From: Candidatus Babeliales bacterium
GTDB lineage: Bacteria > Babelota > Babeliae > Babelales > JANWKD01
Assembly (NCBI GenBank): GCA_963722075.1
Contig: CAVRJM010000001.1
Location: 896,001-960,000, forward strand
Length of the DNA: 64,000 bases
Direction: 5' to 3'
Positions 61,778-64,000 of the stretch are shown in pieces. The notes beneath the pieces are model-generated. The model was not told the DNA's origin. It worked only from the letters and a program-made list of their open reading frames with translations, and ran no database searches. The position numbers and the translations under genes are program-made. Positions within the stretch are counted from its first letter, which is position 1; every line of letters starts with the position of its first letter.

Positions 61778-62513
61778 GATGAGTTCCTAATAAAAACAAG
61801 CCTGCACTTGCCAGTATTAATTCCTTCTCTTTAGAAAAAAGTTGGCTAAAATGTGCATTTGATTCAAATAAGGCATCACTACCATAGGCATTGCATAAAG
61901 TATTACAATAGCTTGCTAATTCCTGCACCGTTTTAATTTGTTTTATGTGCTGATCTGCTAAAGGTTGATTTAAAAAAGAAAGCATATATAAAAGAGCACG
62001 ATTTTTTGAGGTGATGGTACAACAATGAAAAGGAACTTTAAGCGCTAATAATTGATATTGAAAAAGAATTTCTCGCCGTAACCCAAACAGATAAAAAAAA
62101 TGTTTTTGTTCTTGATAATTAGCATATAACGGCGCATAATTCCATATCACTTTTTGAGCAATGGCAGGATCATGCGGTGGCTCATCAGCAGTATGCCACC
62201 GGCAATCTTCCCAAATATGATTTTCTGCAAAGGCAAGGGAGACATATGGATTTTTTAATTTATGCGCTTGTAGAAAATCACTAATAATTTCTGATAAATG
62301 AGTAAGATTAAAAATTATTGATTGATTAATCTGATTAAGCCCAAGCGATTTTACTGCCCATGCTTTTGGGATAAAGACATTTGAAGCTTTGCCAAGCCAC
62401 ATGATTAATAATGATGAATTGCCGATTATAATCGTTACATAATTATCGCGCCACCACACGGTATGATCTCTCCTTTTTATTTTACTATAGCGATTATAAT
62501 GTAACTTTTTCAA
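61764..62513 (-). CDS. Hypothetical protein, possibly a divergent PilM
   Basis: Overlaps the PilN-like gene; C-terminal ASAGLFL resembles PilM ends. Confidence 0.4.
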   Translation of the reverse strand: MKKLHYNRYSKIKRRDHTVWWRDNYVTIIIGNSSLLIMWLGKASNVFIPKAWAVKSLGLNQINQSIIFNLTHLSEIISDFLQAHKLKNPYVSLAFAENHIWEDCRWHTADEPPHDPAIAQKVIWNYAPLYANYQEQKHFFYLFGLRREILFQYQLLALKVPFHCCTITSKNRALLYMLSFLNQPLADQHIKQIKTVQELASYCNTLCNAYGSDALFESNAHFSQLFSKEKELILASAGLFLLGTHHELQ

Positions 62514-62540
62514 TAATTAATGCTGTCAGTTTTTTATTCA

Positions 62541-62577
62541 CTGGACCCTCACGTCGCTTACGCTCCTCAGGACGACG
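62541..62577. repeat. Single YGTC palindrome overlapping the prmC stop codon
   Basis: Minus strand: cgtcgtcctgaggagcgtaagcgacgtgagggtccag. Confidence 0.75.
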
Positions 62578-63442
62578 TTCCGTCGTAACCCACTGCCACG
62601 CGATCCTGTCCATTATAATCCTTAAGAATCTCACTACTCCTAAAATAACGTTTCATGAAATCCTTCACTGCTGCCCCTTGATTATGATCAATCTCTATAT
62701 ATAATTGACCAATCTGATGCTCACCAAAATCATCATTTTTATATAAAAATAATGGCGCTTGCTTAATAATTTCTTCAATAAGTGCTAAACCCTCTTTTTG
62801 TGCCACCAATGCATTTTTATCTTCCCATTCTTTAACCATCGGATCAAGCTGCTGCCAATCAGCTTCATTAATATATGGCGGATTAGCAACAATAAGATCT
62901 GCTTTTTGCCCTGCTAATGCTGCAAAAAGATCAGATTGCAAAAAAGTAACATTTGGTATTTTGAGTTTATTTTTATTTTCTTGCGCAACGCTCAATGCGT
63001 GATCAGCAATATCCGTACCAATCACTACAGCCGCTGGAAATGCTTTTGCTAACGCAAGTGCAATAGCTCCTGAACCAGTACATAGATCAAAAATCGTAAT
63101 TTTCTTATCAGCTAATGATTGCATTTTCTTAATAAGATTTGAAACCCACTCTTCTGTTTCTGGGCGCGGAATAAGCACGGGCGGCTCAATAGCAATGGTG
63201 ATATTTATAAACGGTACTGACCCTATTAAGTATTGTAAGGGCATTTTTTGATGTACATGTTGATTAATCCATTCTTGTAGAAAATCAGCCGCTTTTGGCG
63301 ATGGTTCAGAAAACGTGATTAATTCAGCTTCTTTTTTACCCGTTATCGCCTCTAACATCCACCAAATTATCTGCTCCCGCTGCACCTCTTCGTTATACAG
63401 CGGTGTTAATTGGCGAGCCATTTTTTTAACAAATGCAATCAT
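62567..63442 (-). CDS. prmC: Release factor glutamine methyltransferase
   Basis: PLQYLIG, LIPRPETE, DLCTGSGAIA, NPPY. Confidence 0.93.
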   Translation of the reverse strand: MIAFVKKMARQLTPLYNEEVQREQIIWWMLEAITGKKEAELITFSEPSPKAADFLQEWINQHVHQKMPLQYLIGSVPFINITIAIEPPVLIPRPETEEWVSNLIKKMQSLADKKITIFDLCTGSGAIALALAKAFPAAVVIGTDIADHALSVAQENKNKLKIPNVTFLQSDLFAALAGQKADLIVANPPYINEADWQQLDPMVKEWEDKNALVAQKEGLALIEEIIKQAPLFLYKNDDFGEHQIGQLYIEIDHNQGAAVKDFMKRYFRSSEILKDYNGQDRVAVGYDGTSS

Positions 63443-63550
63443 TTTTTAATCCTAGGTAATTACAAACTACAGCTAACTAATGCAATTATTGCATAACATA
63501 CCGTTATAAAGGTATATTTTTAATAAATAAGTAAAAAAAGGATAACTATT

Positions 63551-64000
63551 ATGAATCAAATAAAAATAGTAATGGTGCTAGTAATGAGCATATGGTGTTA
63601 TCACAATAGTAATGCCATGAATGAACCCCTCGTTCCACTCATGGAACAATTAAAAGGTAAATTAAATGAATTGGGAAATGTACTTACCGGGCGCGGACCA
63701 ATACCATCAGTTACTATTCCTACAACAACTACACCAACGCCATCAATTGAACAGGTGCCATTTACTGAACAAAATACAATAGTGAAAGGGTATATAGATA
63801 AATTAATATTTAAGGATGCCGCATATAATTTGAAGAATAACATTGATCAAATTTATAACTATATAAAAAAGATCGTTCCATTTTCTTTTGATGACTTTTT
63901 AAATGTAGAAGATAATTATGTTGATAATTTATACATTATTATTTCTTTAGAATTAGCTTCCTATAGCGCTGAAGAAAAACAAGCACTCTACAATTTAATT
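63551..64000 (+). CDS. Exported protein with zipper tag, 3'-truncated by the window edge (absent from the ORF track)
   Basis: aagga RBS; MNQIKIVMVLVMSIWCYHNSNA-MNEPLVPLMEQLKGKLNELGNVL, Pro/Thr linker; frame open to the end. Confidence 0.7.
   Translation, partial: MNQIKIVMVLVMSIWCYHNSNAMNEPLVPLMEQLKGKLNELGNVLTGRGPIPSVTIPTTTTPTPSIEQVPFTEQNTIVKGYIDKLIFKDAAYNLKNNIDQIYNYIKKIVPFSFDDFLNVEDNYVDNLYIIISLELASYSAEEKQALYNLI

Noticed and set aside
4197..62577. Repeat clusters as CRISPR arrays or integron attC sites
   Set aside because: No regular direct-repeat/unique-spacer period, no cas or integrase gene, and no consistent RYYYAAC...GTTRRRY ends.
63601..63843. 80-aa minus-strand ORF
   Set aside because: Antisense to the better-supported plus-strand gene starting at 63551.

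Overview
An AT-rich bacterial chromosome segment. Gene content (many signal-peptide hypothetical proteins, exported ankyrin proteins, a Chlamydia-type class Ic RNR, a membrane PPase) suggests an intracellular parasite of protists, most likely Candidatus Dependentiae/Babelota (TM6). That assignment is inference. The window holds a surface-glycan locus (FkbM methyltransferases, GT2/GT4, a Wzx-GT4 fusion, asnB) and housekeeping genes (polA, priA, hppA, nrdAB, ppa, gpmI, truA, typA, rpsR, rpsF, rnhB, ftsY, a polar amino-acid ABC transporter, mutL, prmC). These are interspersed with about 25 candidate exported proteins and about 12 clusters of YGTC-tagged palindromic repeats. Main signals: (1) Six unrelated exported proteins share a 19-residue LxxxLxxLxxxLxxLxxxL zipper just after the signal peptide. 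Two of them, 2 kb apart, carry a candidate ADP-ribosyltransferase and a MavL/DUF4804-like ADP-ribose eraser. (2) Thirteen predicted exported proteins would start with Met-[D/E/N/Q] after signal cleavage, which is the eukaryotic NatB pattern. (3) The palindromic repeats are nested inside one another. (4) An XRE/S24 regulator appears catalytically dead. (5) There is an unidentified structured RNA upstream of ftsY. I saw no rRNA, tRNA, CRISPR array or transposase. All calls come from reading motifs by eye; no searches were run.
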